Made by a program: the position numbers and the translations under genes. A DNA stretch of 64,000 bases from Pocillopora damicornis (Eukaryota): contig NW_020847248.1 of the NCBI RefSeq assembly GCF_003704095.1, positions 1,302,001-1,366,000 of the forward strand. Direction: 5' to 3'. Position 1 is the stretch's first letter, and each line of letters starts with the position of its first letter. This document shows positions 1-12,304 of the stretch, in pieces. A model generated the notes under the pieces. That model was not told the DNA's origin, did no database searches, and worked only from the letters and a program-made list of their open reading frames with translations.

Positions 1-592
1 TAATTTTTACGAAATTTTTTCGGGCAAGGCAAAGTGAAAAGGAAACCATACGATGTCAGAGTCAAAATCAGAACTTCAAGTTAGGAATAGAGATGAAAAT
101 ACCACAAAGAGAAACTTGACCAAAATAGAACGAGGCCACGATAACCACGAATCGAGAAGACAAAGACAAATTTCAAATGACCGTTGTTAAACATAAGACG
201 CACATTATTTAACCTTAAATATTTTAGATAAAAAAAAATTGACGAGCGATATGCCGTAAAAATTAAAACAATAATCTTTCCAACCGAGGTTTAGACAAAA
301 TACAAAATTTCGAAATTGTTGTTTTTCCTTTCTTAGAAACACAATTTCAACCTTGTCCTCTGCTGGTGCATCATGGTTCAAATATTTGCACACATATAAT
401 AATTTATACTCTTTTTTCAGTTTTATAAACGCAAGGTTGTGATGTGTTTTTTGTAGCTTTACAACTTTTAAAAAACTTAATGCTAGCAATCACACTGTAA
501 TTATGAACGTTTTTATCCAAAGGGAAAAATATTTTTAAAGATATTTTTAACTCTGTGTGCTTTTCAAATATACAATTCTTTACACGATTTTA

Positions 593-1127
593 TTATGTCT
601 TTTTAATAAGTGATAGCATCTCCTCGCGCATACTTCGACTACTAACGCAATAAATAATCGGGTTACAAAGTGAGTTCAACATGAGACACGATTGTACAAG
701 AGGGAACCAAGAAGTCAGCGATTTCAGGTCCACAGGAAACCTCACAGCTAAAGATACGATGAGCATCGGTGAAACACACAACACAAGGAAACCAATGATG
801 ATGCCGATAGAAATCCAGGCTTTCTTCTCTTTCAAGAAGCGTTTATTTTCTTCCCCCATCGGCAGCGATGGTATCGGGAAGAGTTGCCAATCCTGTGAGC
901 AGATCTGTCCCCGCCAAAGAGGTTAACAGTAAGTTACTTTCGATCTGAAGTCTGTGTCTGGTCTTCACCGCTATTATCACTAAAGCGTTCGTAACAATGA
1001 TTGCAGGGAAGCTCAGTGTGTTAAAAATTAACGCTGCAAGAGTGACCGAGTGGGTTAACGTTTGATAATCATAATTCTGAAATCGGAGGCAGTATATGGT
1101 GGACTGAATCAATGGTGTAGAAGTCAT
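593..1127 (-). pseudogene. Class A (rhodopsin-like) GPCR pseudogene with internal deletion of TM3-TM5
   Basis: ORF 843..1127 has TM1 (TNALVIIAV) and TM2 (SLAGTDLLTG). It joins out of frame near 855 to ORF 593..859 with TM6 (CVSP) and TM7 (NSLCNPIIY). No DRY motif or TM3-5, and no intron at the junction. Confidence 0.8.
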
Positions 1128-2528
1128 CCTTATAGATAAGGATTTGTTGAGACTCTTAGCAGAGTATTATTTAAAACTTTTGCGGTTGGAAAAGTTTTGA
1201 GGTTATGCCTGGCTTGGAACTGAGATCATATCCTCTGCGGTTTATGATAATTATAGACTCACGAGAAAATTGCCCTGACATCACAGGCAGTAACTTGACA
1301 GCGAAATATATTTTCAAAACTGAATTGAAGAAAATTCTTACAATGATTTATACTTATCATAAGTATAAATCATTGTGAGAATTGTCTCTAACAATTCCTG
1401 TCAGTGAGAGGAATTGTTTCCCGGCTCAAGGTGTCAGGAACTGCCCACAGCATAGCATTGATAGAGATTAACTACTTTATCAGAAAAAATACGTCTGAAC
1501 AAATATGTTCAGAAAAAATATGTCTCAACAATAGATACGCAAATCAAAGAAGCACGTAAGCTTTAATGGTCGTTGAAACGGTAGCATTTACAGGGCCTTA
1601 AATTTTAACTGAGTGTCATGTACCCTATAATCGCCCGGAACGATTTCTGTTTTGCAGCCCTAAGATGCATTGAGGGTTGTCCAATACACACAAGGAGCAG
1701 TAAGCAAACGACTCATCAACTAGCGTTTTCGTAACATTATATTGAATTGACGGAGAAACTGAATAGAATATCTGCTTACTCGTTTAATTGCGGCGATTCA
1801 TATTTCAGGGCTTAGCGGCGGTGATCAAACAATCAATAGGGATTTTTAATGAATTGTTAGTCTCAGACAGAATGAACAAAGGGACAATCAAAAAAAGTTC
1901 CTCACCGATTAGAGAACAATAACGTATTTGTAAATCAAAAACAGTGAACCTCTATCGAGCGGCATTTTGCCATACTTTGGATTTTGGAAATGTTAATGGC
2001 ACTGATCGACATGCCTACCGGCAGGACACACAACCAAGCTCTGAATGACGATTAATCTCGGCAAGTTTAATTAGTTTTTTTAACCGCTATGAATGATACA
2101 TAAAAATTTAAGACGATACTACTATAAGGTCACCCGTGTCCTGTTTCAATTCTTGGGTGTTTACGATCAGGTTTGTTACAAAACCGACGAAAACCTACAA
2201 AGACAGCGAAAGAAAACCAAGTCTAGTATTACATCAAATGTTCACTAACACGAGCGAGTAATTATCCTAGCCCTCATCGTCGCTGTTGTTGTCATTATTG
2301 CTATCTTTATTGTTGTTTTTTTCCTTGTTCCTGCAGGCCAACCGTTGACACATTTAAATATAGCATAGAAGTACAGTTCATTCATCCTCAAATAGTACTT
2401 TTTTTACGTCATGGGGCTCTTATGTCTATCAGATAAAGGCTTTAAGAGCCACATGACGTATTGCTTCTTAAATGCGTTGAAAATGTTGAAAGTAAGAGTG
2501 CGTTTCTTTGTTGCTGCGGTTATTGTTA

Positions 2529-4562
2529 TCATATGATATTTTTTATCTCAACGCTAACTTTGGGAAACGAAGACGGATCCTCCTTGTTGACGCGTTTCAA
2601 GCCTGCCTTTTTAGTATCCTTCTGAAGGCCAAAACAGCCCTCGTCTTTATTGATATCTATCACCAGTCCAAATTGACATTTTCCCATCTTGTTCAGACCT
2701 CTGGTTTGAATTGCTTCTCTTGTTTTCATGGTCATCTCCCGTCCAAAAACACCTGAATAGTGAAAAATAGTCAGTTGATTGGTTACCTTATCCGAAGTCA
2801 TAATTCATCGACTGAGGGGGGATGGATGTTGGAGGATTTAAGGGGAGATCACATGGTTTTAAGGGTGAACGGAGGGAGATCAGTCGTCGCCAACATAGTA
2901 TAGAGGGTGATCATAGAAATTTGACCGCCAATCAGCTGCCAATGACGGGGGATAGGGGGTGGGGGGAAGGGAAGGAACTAAAAGAGAAGAGCCTCAGGGG
3001 GGATTACGTAATACTATCTCGACAAAAGCAAAATCCTCCGCACCCTCCTCCTCCGGCGATAAATGACGAACGGTCCCTAAGATACTCTACTTCCTTACTC
3101 CAAAGTTCCAGATGTCAATATGCAGAAGAAGTTATACAACCAATAGCTATTTGTGCCTCTCTGAATGGAGAGATCCACACTTAGTTTCCCGGCATTTTTA
3201 AACAAGCAATCAGCAGAGTGCGATATTACTTAGCTTCTACTGCTTTTTTTAAACAATGACTCGCGGTTTAAATTCACAATGAAACTGTGGGTGAAAAAGT
3301 TTCTTTTCCTAAATACTCTCTAGATTTGGAGACTAGCTCGATTTTACCTGGTACGCGGTTGTTCAACAGCTTTCCTACTCTATGCGTACGTTTACAATCG
3401 ACTTCTTTGTGGTACTGGTATGATGTCTAAACAAAAGAAAAGTGAATTTTTAGTAACAAAAAAAAGGCATAAAAGGAGCTCAGGAAATTAATAGAGCAAC
3501 AATTTTACGATTTGATGTCAGCTATGGCTTTCAGTGGCTTCCCGTTTTTCCACAGAGAAATCCGCTGGTAGTGACTTGTAGAGTTTGCGATACGATATTG
3601 CAAAATTTTTACAGGGAATGTGTTCCTTTTCAGGTCATGTATCAAGTACAATATACCCTGTCACTTATTTATCTTACCAAAGAGAAAAAGTGACTTTACT
3701 AACGTGCCTCGTCCTCCAAAGCACACATGCCCCTTTGGATAAATATGTCGTGAGTTTTAAAGACACAAAACACCCAGAGAGCTCAAGGTACAAGAGTATA
3801 GTATATGAACAACAGATACCTGGCAATGTTGTTCACCGCTTACTAGATCTTTCACCATTTTGGTAGTAACCTGTACTTTAAATCCTTTCTTCTCCAGCGC
3901 AGCCGTCTTCAGCATTTCACGGACCTCAGACTCTGGGAGTCGAAACTTGCGATTACGAATTTTCACATCCAGCAACTCATCAGAGTTGGCATCTGTATTA
4001 TAAATGGAAATTTATCAAACTTAAATTTTGCATCTAAAATGCAAAATAATTTCAGAAAAGCCATCTAAAAACTGGTTAATTCCATATTCAATTCAAGAGA
4101 CCGTCTCATGCATGAACAAGCATAGTGTACCCAAGCTCATGTTTCTATAATTTACGAATGGTTTCTGGGACACTTGAACGCTTTAATCAAAGTGCCTCTG
4201 ACTTTGTGTCCACATTTATTTTAAAAAATATAAAGAAGCAGTTGAATTACAACACTTCAAATGCAAAATGTACACGTACGTGTCTCAAAAATATTATTTA
4301 TGAAACGTCGCTAAAATTTTCATCAAAATATTAGAAACCGCTCTGTAACGCTATGAAGAGAGGGGTAAGGCAAAACTAAACAAAGAGATACGAGTGTGCT
4401 GCAAACCACAAACTTGAAAAAGGTGGGTTAGATATTTCAAGGGGCAGAAACCGAAATGTAGTTTCTTTAAAATGATGCATAAAATTAAAGCCTATCGGGC
4501 TCACCTGCTGTATTCCACAGAGAAAAAACTACCAGAATCGTTACAAAAATGCCAAGATTCAT
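2529..4562 (-). CDS. Secreted prepropeptide family copy A (4 exons, 169 aa)
   Basis: Exons 4505-4562, 3844-3992, 3348-3426, 2529-2752, all GT-AG, phases 1/0/1. They splice to MNLGIFVTILVVFSLWNTADANSDELLDVKIRNRKFRLPESEVREMLKTAALEKKGFKVQVTTKMVKDLTSYQYHKEVDCKRTHRVGKLLNNRVPGVFGREMTMKTREAIQTRGLNKMGKCQFGLVIDINKDEGCFGLQKDTKKAGLKRVNKEDPSSFPKVSVEIKNII. Homologous to copies B-F. Confidence 0.85.
2815..3080. repeat. Interspersed repeat (MITE-like) in intron 3 of copy A
   Basis: GC-rich island; related sequence recurs at about 12120-12180 and 47020-47170 (ggaggatt...tcacatggtt; tcagtcgt...ccaa; aaatt[t]gac[c/t]gccaat). Confidence 0.55.
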
Positions 4563-4623
4563 CTTGAAAGACTTGAATAGACTTAAAGCTTTGCCAGAGA
4601 GTAACTTTCAGTCCTAGCCAGAA

Positions 4624-4629
4624 TTTATA
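4624..4629 (-). promoter_or_regulatory. TATA box of copy A; equivalents upstream of every intact family member
   Basis: TATAAA lies 60-100 bp upstream of the ATG in A (4624-4629), B (9747-9752), C (14514-14519), D (18525-18530) and F (29671-29676, + strand). Confidence 0.65.
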
Positions 4630-4659
4630 GCATGCACAACTTCCTTGAAGCTTCCTCGC

Positions 4660-5230
4660 AACTTAGTTGCAATCTGCTCTCCGCTAAATGAAGGAAGTGC
4701 ATATATGGGTTTAATTTCAAAGAAACCCTCCAAAAATAGTTGTGACATCATTCTGAAAGTGCAAAGGTCCTGTTTTTACTATTCAGCTTACACACCTGCA
4801 TTTCATTCTTTCCTTTCTTCAATAAAAGCATTTTTAAAATTTATCGCTGAAACGCGGTTAAGAGCATCTGACCGCGAAGTATTGTCGGTGTACTAGAAAG
4901 GGATTTTGGACTGCTCACTTAGCTTCCGCAGTCGTGCTTCGGTATGACTTCCTTTCGTTAACTTAGTTGCAATCTGCTTTCCCGTTAATAAAGGAAGTGC
5001 ATATGTACCAATTCAATTCCAAAGAAACCCTCCAAACTTACTAGTTATGACGTTATCCTGAAATGGTAGGAGTCCTGCTGTTACCATTCAGCTTACACAG
5101 TTGAATTTTCTTATTTCTTCCAATCAGTTACATCTGATCGTGAATGAATGTATTGTTGGTTTTCTAGGAAGACATTCTTGACTAGTCACTCAGCTTCCGT
5201 GGTCGTGCTTTGTTTTTACTACCTTTCGTG
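4660..5230. repeat. About 300 bp tandem duplication in the promoter of copy A
   Basis: aacttagttgcaatctgct...aaggaagtgcatat...aagaaaccctccaaa...attcagcttacac...agcttccg...gtcgtgctt occurs at about 4660-4958 and again at about 4960-5230. Confidence 0.8.
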
Positions 5231-7185
5231 GAAGCCAGTCTATTTTCCGCTTCCCGCTTTAATGAGCTGGGAAGCATCTGACCGTGAAGGTATCCAGCCA
5301 TTGTGTGTCACGGGCTAGATGGGACTCTCTGCTTCTTTCTTAGATTTCATGTCTACAAACAAAAATAGGGTTTTCATTAACCATCAGACTTTAAACTAAA
5401 ATGTTTCAGGTTTTCCAAAGGGGTAATCGGGGTAAGAGGGGGAGTCGCAGTGTGCAAATTATCGAATCAATGCAGAGCTACCAAGTTCAAACGTCAGATC
5501 ATTAAAGTATTTCTGCGGAGAGAAGTTTATTTCATTCAAAATGTTTTTGAATAAAATAACCCACCATAAAAAATGCAATAATCCACCGATGGGATGGAAG
5601 GCTCTATACCTTATTGGATTCCATTATCATTATGATGACAGCGGTCTGAACCTACATAAAGTAAGCTTGTAAACATATTAGTAATCGAGAACAATGATTT
5701 CTTTTCGAAACACCAGTCGTCGCGTACTGAAAAGATAACTCTTCAGAAGACTCTCTTGTCGAGCAATCTTTCCTTTATCACGCGAATAACGCAGGAAGAG
5801 TGATAGGCAATGAAGGAGGCTGAGGTTACAATCTTACAAACTTTACAGCCATCAAATGATTTGCACTTGCACAATGAGGATGATAACATTACTAAGTCTG
5901 GTGCTAAAAATGGAATTTTATTCAATTTAATGCGACGTTCTGCATAAAAAACTTTCAGGTGGTTCTTATGACAGCGCACTTCAAGGAAAATAAAATTTTG
6001 TCGTATAAAACATCTTTGACAATCTCTTGTTTTGTCAATGAAATTCCTTCACGAGCTATGTAAGAAAATTAGGAGTTTACAATATTACAAAACGTAATTA
6101 TTAATCAAAGAAAGATAACCGTCACCTTTTAAGTTGCATCTTTACAACTGATAACACTGAAATGACTGCTGATCGTTTCTAGGAATTGAAACATATATAT
6201 TCTATGATTTATCTACAGACGCTTCTCAAAGATACAAATTTACATACGGTAAAAGCCTCTTTGTTTCTCGCAAACAAAAGAGCTGTGGGAGGTGACCCGA
6301 AAAGTTGTTTTTCGAAGAGGGTTTCAAAAGAACCTTTCTTCTAGGAAAGCCAAAGATTAGATATAAATATATATATATCAGAATGCATTTGAGATGAAAT
6401 TAAAAACGGTTTATTTTCCAGGTTTGAAAAAAAACTCAAGAACTAAATCAAAAGTTTTTGCGAATGGAAAAGCAATACAATCCCTCGTACAGCCCAGCAA
6501 AGTCCAACGCTTGATTAGGCACAGTAAAGCGTGTTGGATTAGTCACAGGGTAGTGCACGATTTACCACAAGACGATGCTTTTTCGATCCCAGGACAGGGT
6601 TCGATTTGGAACAGTTTAGCAGGTGGACTAAGTACCATACGACACTCTGATCTGCTTAAGTGGAGGAGATTGTTTTGATAAGACATAAAATACCAGCAAA
6701 GTAGTTTGGCTCAGTAAAATGCCGTTTCAGGAAGAGTGCAGCGCTCTCAAGGATAAGAACAATACATAAATCCCTTTTGGGGAATCTTTTCTCTTTTTTT
6801 TTCTTTTTTTTTGAAAAAAAAACGTCGCTCTATATAGGAACATTTTTCCCTACTGAAACAAAACGGTATTCGAAGTCCAGGTAGGAATAATTGGCAGAAT
6901 ATAGCAAAGTAAGTACAGAAATTAGGGTAGCCAACCGATGAATCATAGGTGGGAAAAGGGTTAGGGTGAAGTGAAAGCAGTCAAGTTAACACTGAAAAGA
7001 GCAATAGCAACCACATTTATTAGCATAAGTTCCCAATTTCCGCCTTATTAACTTTAACTTTCTTAACAGCTTCACCACTCTTCCTCTGAGTACTTTCGCT
7101 TCTGTACGTTTATCAGTTTCGTTTCCGTTGTGAGTACATTTACATTAACAAGCCATCGGTTAAAAGGTTTTGAATTGTTTGTGCG

Positions 7186-9656
7186 TTACAAGAAGGGGAT
7201 ACCGGTATAGTTTAAACGAGGAACTCTGAAAACTACACCCTGGAGCTTGAGTCTTATGGATGCTCTAATACTGAAGCCAACGAGTCGACGGATCCTTTTC
7301 TTCACATTCTTGCTCTTGCGTCTCACAACGCAGCCCTTGCCTCCCCTAAAATCAACTTCCAGTCCCATTGTACACTTCCCATTACTGCCGAAATGCCTGT
7401 CTTTCACTTCCTTTGTTACCCAGCGAGACATTTCTTTTCCGAAAGCACCTTGAGAAGAAAGAAACATTGCACCAGTTAGATTAAACCTAATCCGAATAAC
7501 CTTGCGAAAAATTAATAATGCGCCCCCACTGCGTTTATCAAACTTGATCACTTGGTGAAAAATAAACCACGAGTGTTCAGCATAATTTGCCGATTAATTC
7601 GAATCTTCAACATCCCCCCGGGCAACCCACGAGCATTTGACTGTCGTCCGTAATTTTAACATTACCTGGGTGGGGTGGGAAAATTAAATTAGTGGAATAC
7701 ATGAGTTTTCGTTATAAATGTGAAGGATTTTATAGGCTTAGAAGAAAATCCAAACATCGTAGAATGATACATTCAAGCAAAAAAATCAAACGGCGGCACC
7801 AAAAACTAGTTCGAACATTTGCCAAATTCTACATTATTCGTTGATCACAAAGAATCGTTTTAAAAAATTGTGCTTGGGTGGGGCATTTGAACACAACTTT
7901 TTGCCGGAATGGGGGTGGCGGGAACTTGAATGAATCAATCTTTAAAGGTTAAAATACCCGAGGGCTACTCAGGGAATTATTGAAGCTTCGTATTGATCGA
8001 CGCATGACGATAGTGTTATGTTTGCGCATTGGTTGAAAGTATTATTTCAGGACATATCTTAATTACTTTAACGCAGTAACAACAGACATGCCTTTAAGAA
8101 ATTGCTATACAGGCACATGGTGAAAATATCAAGATTAACCAACTGGAGGATTATTTGGAAAAACAGAAAATGCTCTAAAACTGTTTTTGCCTCATTAGCC
8201 GGCTGTGATTCATCGCTTTCAACGGACAATAGATGAATTTTTTTACTACAGATTTCCTTGCACTATAAAGATCAGTACCTGGTAAAGATGAGTTCAATTC
8301 CACTCCCGTCTTTTGAATGGCTCCCACAGAACAGTTAACAACTTTTTGATAATTGTACACCGTCTGAAGAAGCAAACAAAGCATGTTTTAAATATATTGT
8401 TCACGTCTNNNNNNNNNNNNNNNNNNNNNNNNNNNNNNNNNNNNNNNNNNNNNNNNNNNNNNNNNNNNNNNNNNNNNNNNNNNNNNNNNNNNNNNNNNNN
8501 NNNNNNNNNNNNNNNNNNNNNNNNNNNNNNNNNNNNNNNNNNNNNNNNNNNNNNNNNNNNNNNNNNNNNNNNNNNNNNNNNNNNNNNNNNNNNNNNNNNN
8601 NNNNNNNNNNNNNNNNNNNGAGTCCCCGGGAGGAATCGAACCTCAAACCTTCGGAGTCCACGCTCAAATGCTCTACCACTGAGCCACAGAGACTTAAACG
8701 ATCTTCATATCTGTCACGCGTCCTGCATACTGTTAGAATTAGCAATGTCGATAGAGTCATGATTTGTAAATAGAGTTAGGAAGATGACAAGTTTTAAGCT
8801 CGGTAAAGAAATAGACAAAGATGCTTTTTCGTCTTGTCACGCGCTTGGGATAATGAAAAGGACGCGTGTCATACATGAACTTCGTAATGGGCCTTGCTCA
8901 CCATAGTCTCACAGTCGCACAATGAAATATTGTTGATACCGCTAGTGAAAAAAAAATTAGTATTGTACATCAAAGTATAACTTGTAGAATTGTAAGTAAT
9001 GTTTAGTAGTGTTAGTAACATAGGTTTATGTAATTAATTTATGATATTGAAGAAAAATTAATAGATAAATACACTGCTAGTTATTCTCCTAGTAAGCATA
9101 ATTCTTACCTCAAAATCCGATTTGGCTCTTCCAGGCTTCTGAAACGACTTTCTGACAACTTCTTTTTGGAAGCCACGGATTTCGAGGTTTGCCTTCTCTA
9201 ACATGTTACACATTTCAGACGACGAGGGTCGAANNNNNNNNNNNNNNNNNNNNNNNNNNNNNNNNNNNNNNNNNNNNNNNNNNNNNNNNNNNNNNNNNNN
9301 NNNNNNNNNNNNNNNNNNNNNNNNNNNNNNNNNGAATTTTCTCTTTTTCCCGCGCTCATCTTTCTTTAACCTCAGTTTATTACAGTATTATTTAGGCAAG
9401 GAGTTGCGCTTTTTTTTAAGCGCAAGTCTAAAGAAGACTAGTCAGGGTTCTGTTTTATCCTGAGACTTGCCACTGAGCTTATTTTAGCTTACGAATGGCA
9501 GTTTTGAATATCGGCTTCGTTAAGCATTCCTGATTAGGCACGGTACTACAACGCATCATTTAAAAAAAAAGCTTAAAAGTGGATTAACTTACCAACCGCA
9601 GAATCCTGAATGAAAATCAAACTCACAAGGATCATAAAGCCACGAACTGTTTTCAT
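7186..9656 (-). CDS. Secreted prepropeptide family copy B (4 exons; 5' end of exon 2 in an N gap)
   Basis: Exon 1 9593-9656 (MKTVRGFMILVSLIFIQDSAV). Exon 2 9109-9233+gap (RPSSSEMCNMLEKANLEIRGFQKEVVRKSFQKPGRAKSDFE). Exon 3 8279-8363 (TVYNYQKVVNCSVGAIQKTGVELNSSLP). Exon 4 7186-7448 (GAFGKEMSRW...KKRIRR/LVGFSIRASIRLKLQGVVFRVPRLNYTGIPFL). Confidence 0.85.
7586..8005. mobile_element. MITE-like element in intron 3 of copy B
   Basis: Imperfect terminal inverted repeats (cgattaattcgaatcttcaa / ttgaagcttcgtattgatcg). Absent from the homologous intron of copy C. Confidence 0.6.
8409..8618. other. Assembly gap (others at about 9234-9333, 15550-15649, 28465-28593, 34147-34246, 40072-40086)
   Basis: Runs of N; five of the six lie in the duplicated cluster. 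Confidence 0.99.
8619..8695 (-). mobile_element. tRNA-derived SINE head
   Basis: Minus strand has A box TGGCTCAGTGG and B box GGTTCGATTCC without a clean cloverleaf. A degenerate relative lies at about 46712-46790. Confidence 0.65.
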
Positions 9657-11726
9657 TTCGAATCGAATTTCAGGAATAGCTGGTAAAAATCTCTTTTACG
9701 AGCTTTAGCTCAGGCTGTTTGCGCAAAAGAGAGTAAGACGTGATAGTTTATAGCCACATTCACAACTGAGATGAAAATACGATATGTGCAAGGTTTATAA
9801 AGCGTTAGGTCATGTTTATGATAGCAAAATATTGGATATGGTTTTTTTTTCTGTCCTTATTAAAAGGAAAAAAAATGACATGGACAATATCCTTTCATAA
9901 TGATTGAACAGACTTCGTTGTGGTGTTAATTTTTTTGACTTACTTCAAGACTTACAGCTCATGTTTTCCGTTGCCGTATTGCAAAACCATTCTCTGGAAA
10001 ACCCTTTTCTTTGCAAAAAAAAACTAAAAAAAGGAAGAAAAAAAAACATCTCCAGACGTTACGAAGTGTATAAATCAGCTGCCAGACTTTTTTCGTGCAG
10101 AACTAAACGAAAGCGGGCAATCCCATGGGGGCATGACATGACCTGACATACTCATACTGCCCGCTCATGTCGCCAATCAGAAGACAGGATTACCGTGATT
10201 ACCATCACTCTTCGAACCAAATGATATGGATGTCATATTGTGTTAGGTGTTTTCATGGCAACATTTTCAACCTTAAATATAGTTCAAAGATGATAAATGA
10301 GACAAACAATAGTTGATGACATCACGTAAATATTTCGGCTCGAATTTAGTCGGACGTTTCGTTGTAGTATAGTGACATCACTTTTAAGAATAGCCTTTTC
10401 TCGGGGTTTAAGTTGCAAATATATAGAGATTGTGGCGCAAAGTGAAAAAAGTAAAAGGTTTGTGGGTTCTTCACGCTTCATGCTTGCAGCTTTGTTATGA
10501 GAAAACGTTTTGATAATATTGTTCTAAATATCATGATAACTACAAGTAGTTTCTACACTTCTAGTACTCGAAGGTTATTCCCTGCATATACCATATTACT
10601 CGATTCTAGGAGCTTTTTCCGGTTTACTTTATCAATAGCTATGGCGACCTGTAACACAGCACTTTAAAATTCATTGTAATCCGTTCACTAAACCCTAATT
10701 AATGTTAGGTGTGGACGTGATGTAAGATTTATTTGGTCTTGTTCCAGAACTAGCCAATTTCTCCCCCCCTCACAATCTATTACCAGAAAACAATCCAGGT
10801 GCCCATAGAAACACAATCTGATAGATCTATGTTGGATCGGCTAGTTGTTCTCTCACAGCGAACTTATTCTTTCAATTTCTTTTTAACCCCTCTCTTTGTG
10901 TTTTCCTTTTTTCATAACCTGCAACGCCACTGAAATATTTAGAAAATGTTGATTTTTCATAATATAAATGAAGAGTTTTCTTTGCAAGACGGAATTTACT
11001 GATTTTGATGATACAGTCTTCTTCAACTCAACGACTATTACATCCTTATTTCTAAAGTCTATCACCAATTTTTGGATTTAACGATTTTCCTTTTATCTAA
11101 ACTCCTTTGTTTGTGTGATGTGCCTGACATGTAGGACACATATTGCGAAATTAGAACTGCGCAATAGTTACGCCGGACACTTTTCTTACTTGGCAAAGAA
11201 TAGAACGCTTTTCGGTTTGAATGTCATGCCACCAGCTGCCCGAGGTGCGTAAGCTTAACAGGCATAAGAGAGCTTCCCTTGAAAAACGCAAAACAACAGA
11301 AGAGTTATCTCGAGCACACAATAAGTTCAGCGAGAGCCCTTTCCTTGCTAGGGCATGTCTAAACACCGCATGGTCAAGCAAAGAACTGCAATTTCTGAAC
11401 TGCGTGTTTGACAATTTGGTTAACGGGTTGCTTATCCGATTATTAACATTCATATTTACCATTTTGTCTGAATATGAGCGAGGACGTACTTCTTGCCATT
11501 TAGCCCAGATCTTAATTGATATTAAGATGTTCTACTTTCGGATTGTTTCAGGAAAAATAAATCGGCTTTGTCGTTTATACGTGGTTTGATTTAGCTCATT
11601 AATTATCTTACTGTAGACAAACACAAAACTTTGTTTTTAAACAAATATTTGTAACTTAAAGAAGCAGATGAATTCAAATACTTTTTAAAAAGAAGAGAAA
11701 AAGGAACTAATCGGTAATCCCAAAAT

Positions 11727-12030
11727 CAAATGAAAGTGAAAGAACCCTCAAGTTTTCGACCCTCGTCGTCTGAAATGTGTGACATGTTAGAGAAGGCAAA
11801 CCTCGAAAACCGTGGCTTCCAAAAGGAAGTTGTCAGAAAGTCGTTTCAGAAGCCTGGAAGAACCGGATCGGATTTTGAAGTAAGAATTACGCATGTTAAG
11901 AAAATACCTAGCAGTTTATTTATCTTTTTATTTGTTTTCCTTAATACCATACATCGTTTACAAAAACCCATATTACTATCAGTACTTAACATTACTTACA
12001 ATACTAGCACTTGTACTTTGATGTACAGTA
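11727..12030 (+). pseudogene. Inverted orphan copy of family exon 2 plus the start of intron 2
   Basis: MKVKEPSSFRPSSSEMCDMLEKANLENRGFQKEVVRKSFQKPGRTGSDFE followed by a gtaag donor at 11880. Near-identical to the reverse complement of about 13570-13862. Lacks the acceptor and other exons. Confidence 0.85.
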
Positions 12031-12304
12031 CTAATTTTTTTTTTTAAGTGCAGTACCAACAATATTTCATTGCTTACCAAGGTGATAACGATATTATCAT
12101 TACTGATAACACAAAATGACCAGTATTTATTGCTTGGGAGGGGTGGGCGGGTCAGAGGATTTGGAGGGTCACATGGTTATTGCCGTGTGTCACCCAAGAT
12201 CGAGCCAATGACAACTTTGAAATCTAAACTATAAGAAACAGAACGAACTGTTTTTTGAGCTAAGATCTACACTATCATTCCATAGAACAAGGTTTAAAAT
12301 ATAA

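Noticed and set aside
5743-5979. Possible GPCR TM7-like fragment (LVMLSSSLC)
   Set aside because: No NPxxY motif or other helices; insufficient support.
7247-7453. Plus-strand ORFs at 7247, 12324, 16780 and 2508 that resemble each other
   Set aside because: They are antisense shadows of the conserved last exons.
8619-8695. Possible tRNA gene
   Set aside because: A and B boxes are present, but the acceptor and anticodon stems are imperfect and it is embedded in repeat sequence; better explained as a SINE.
8313-9463. ORFs containing X runs (also near 15425, 28385, 34003)
   Set aside because: Artefacts of N gaps.
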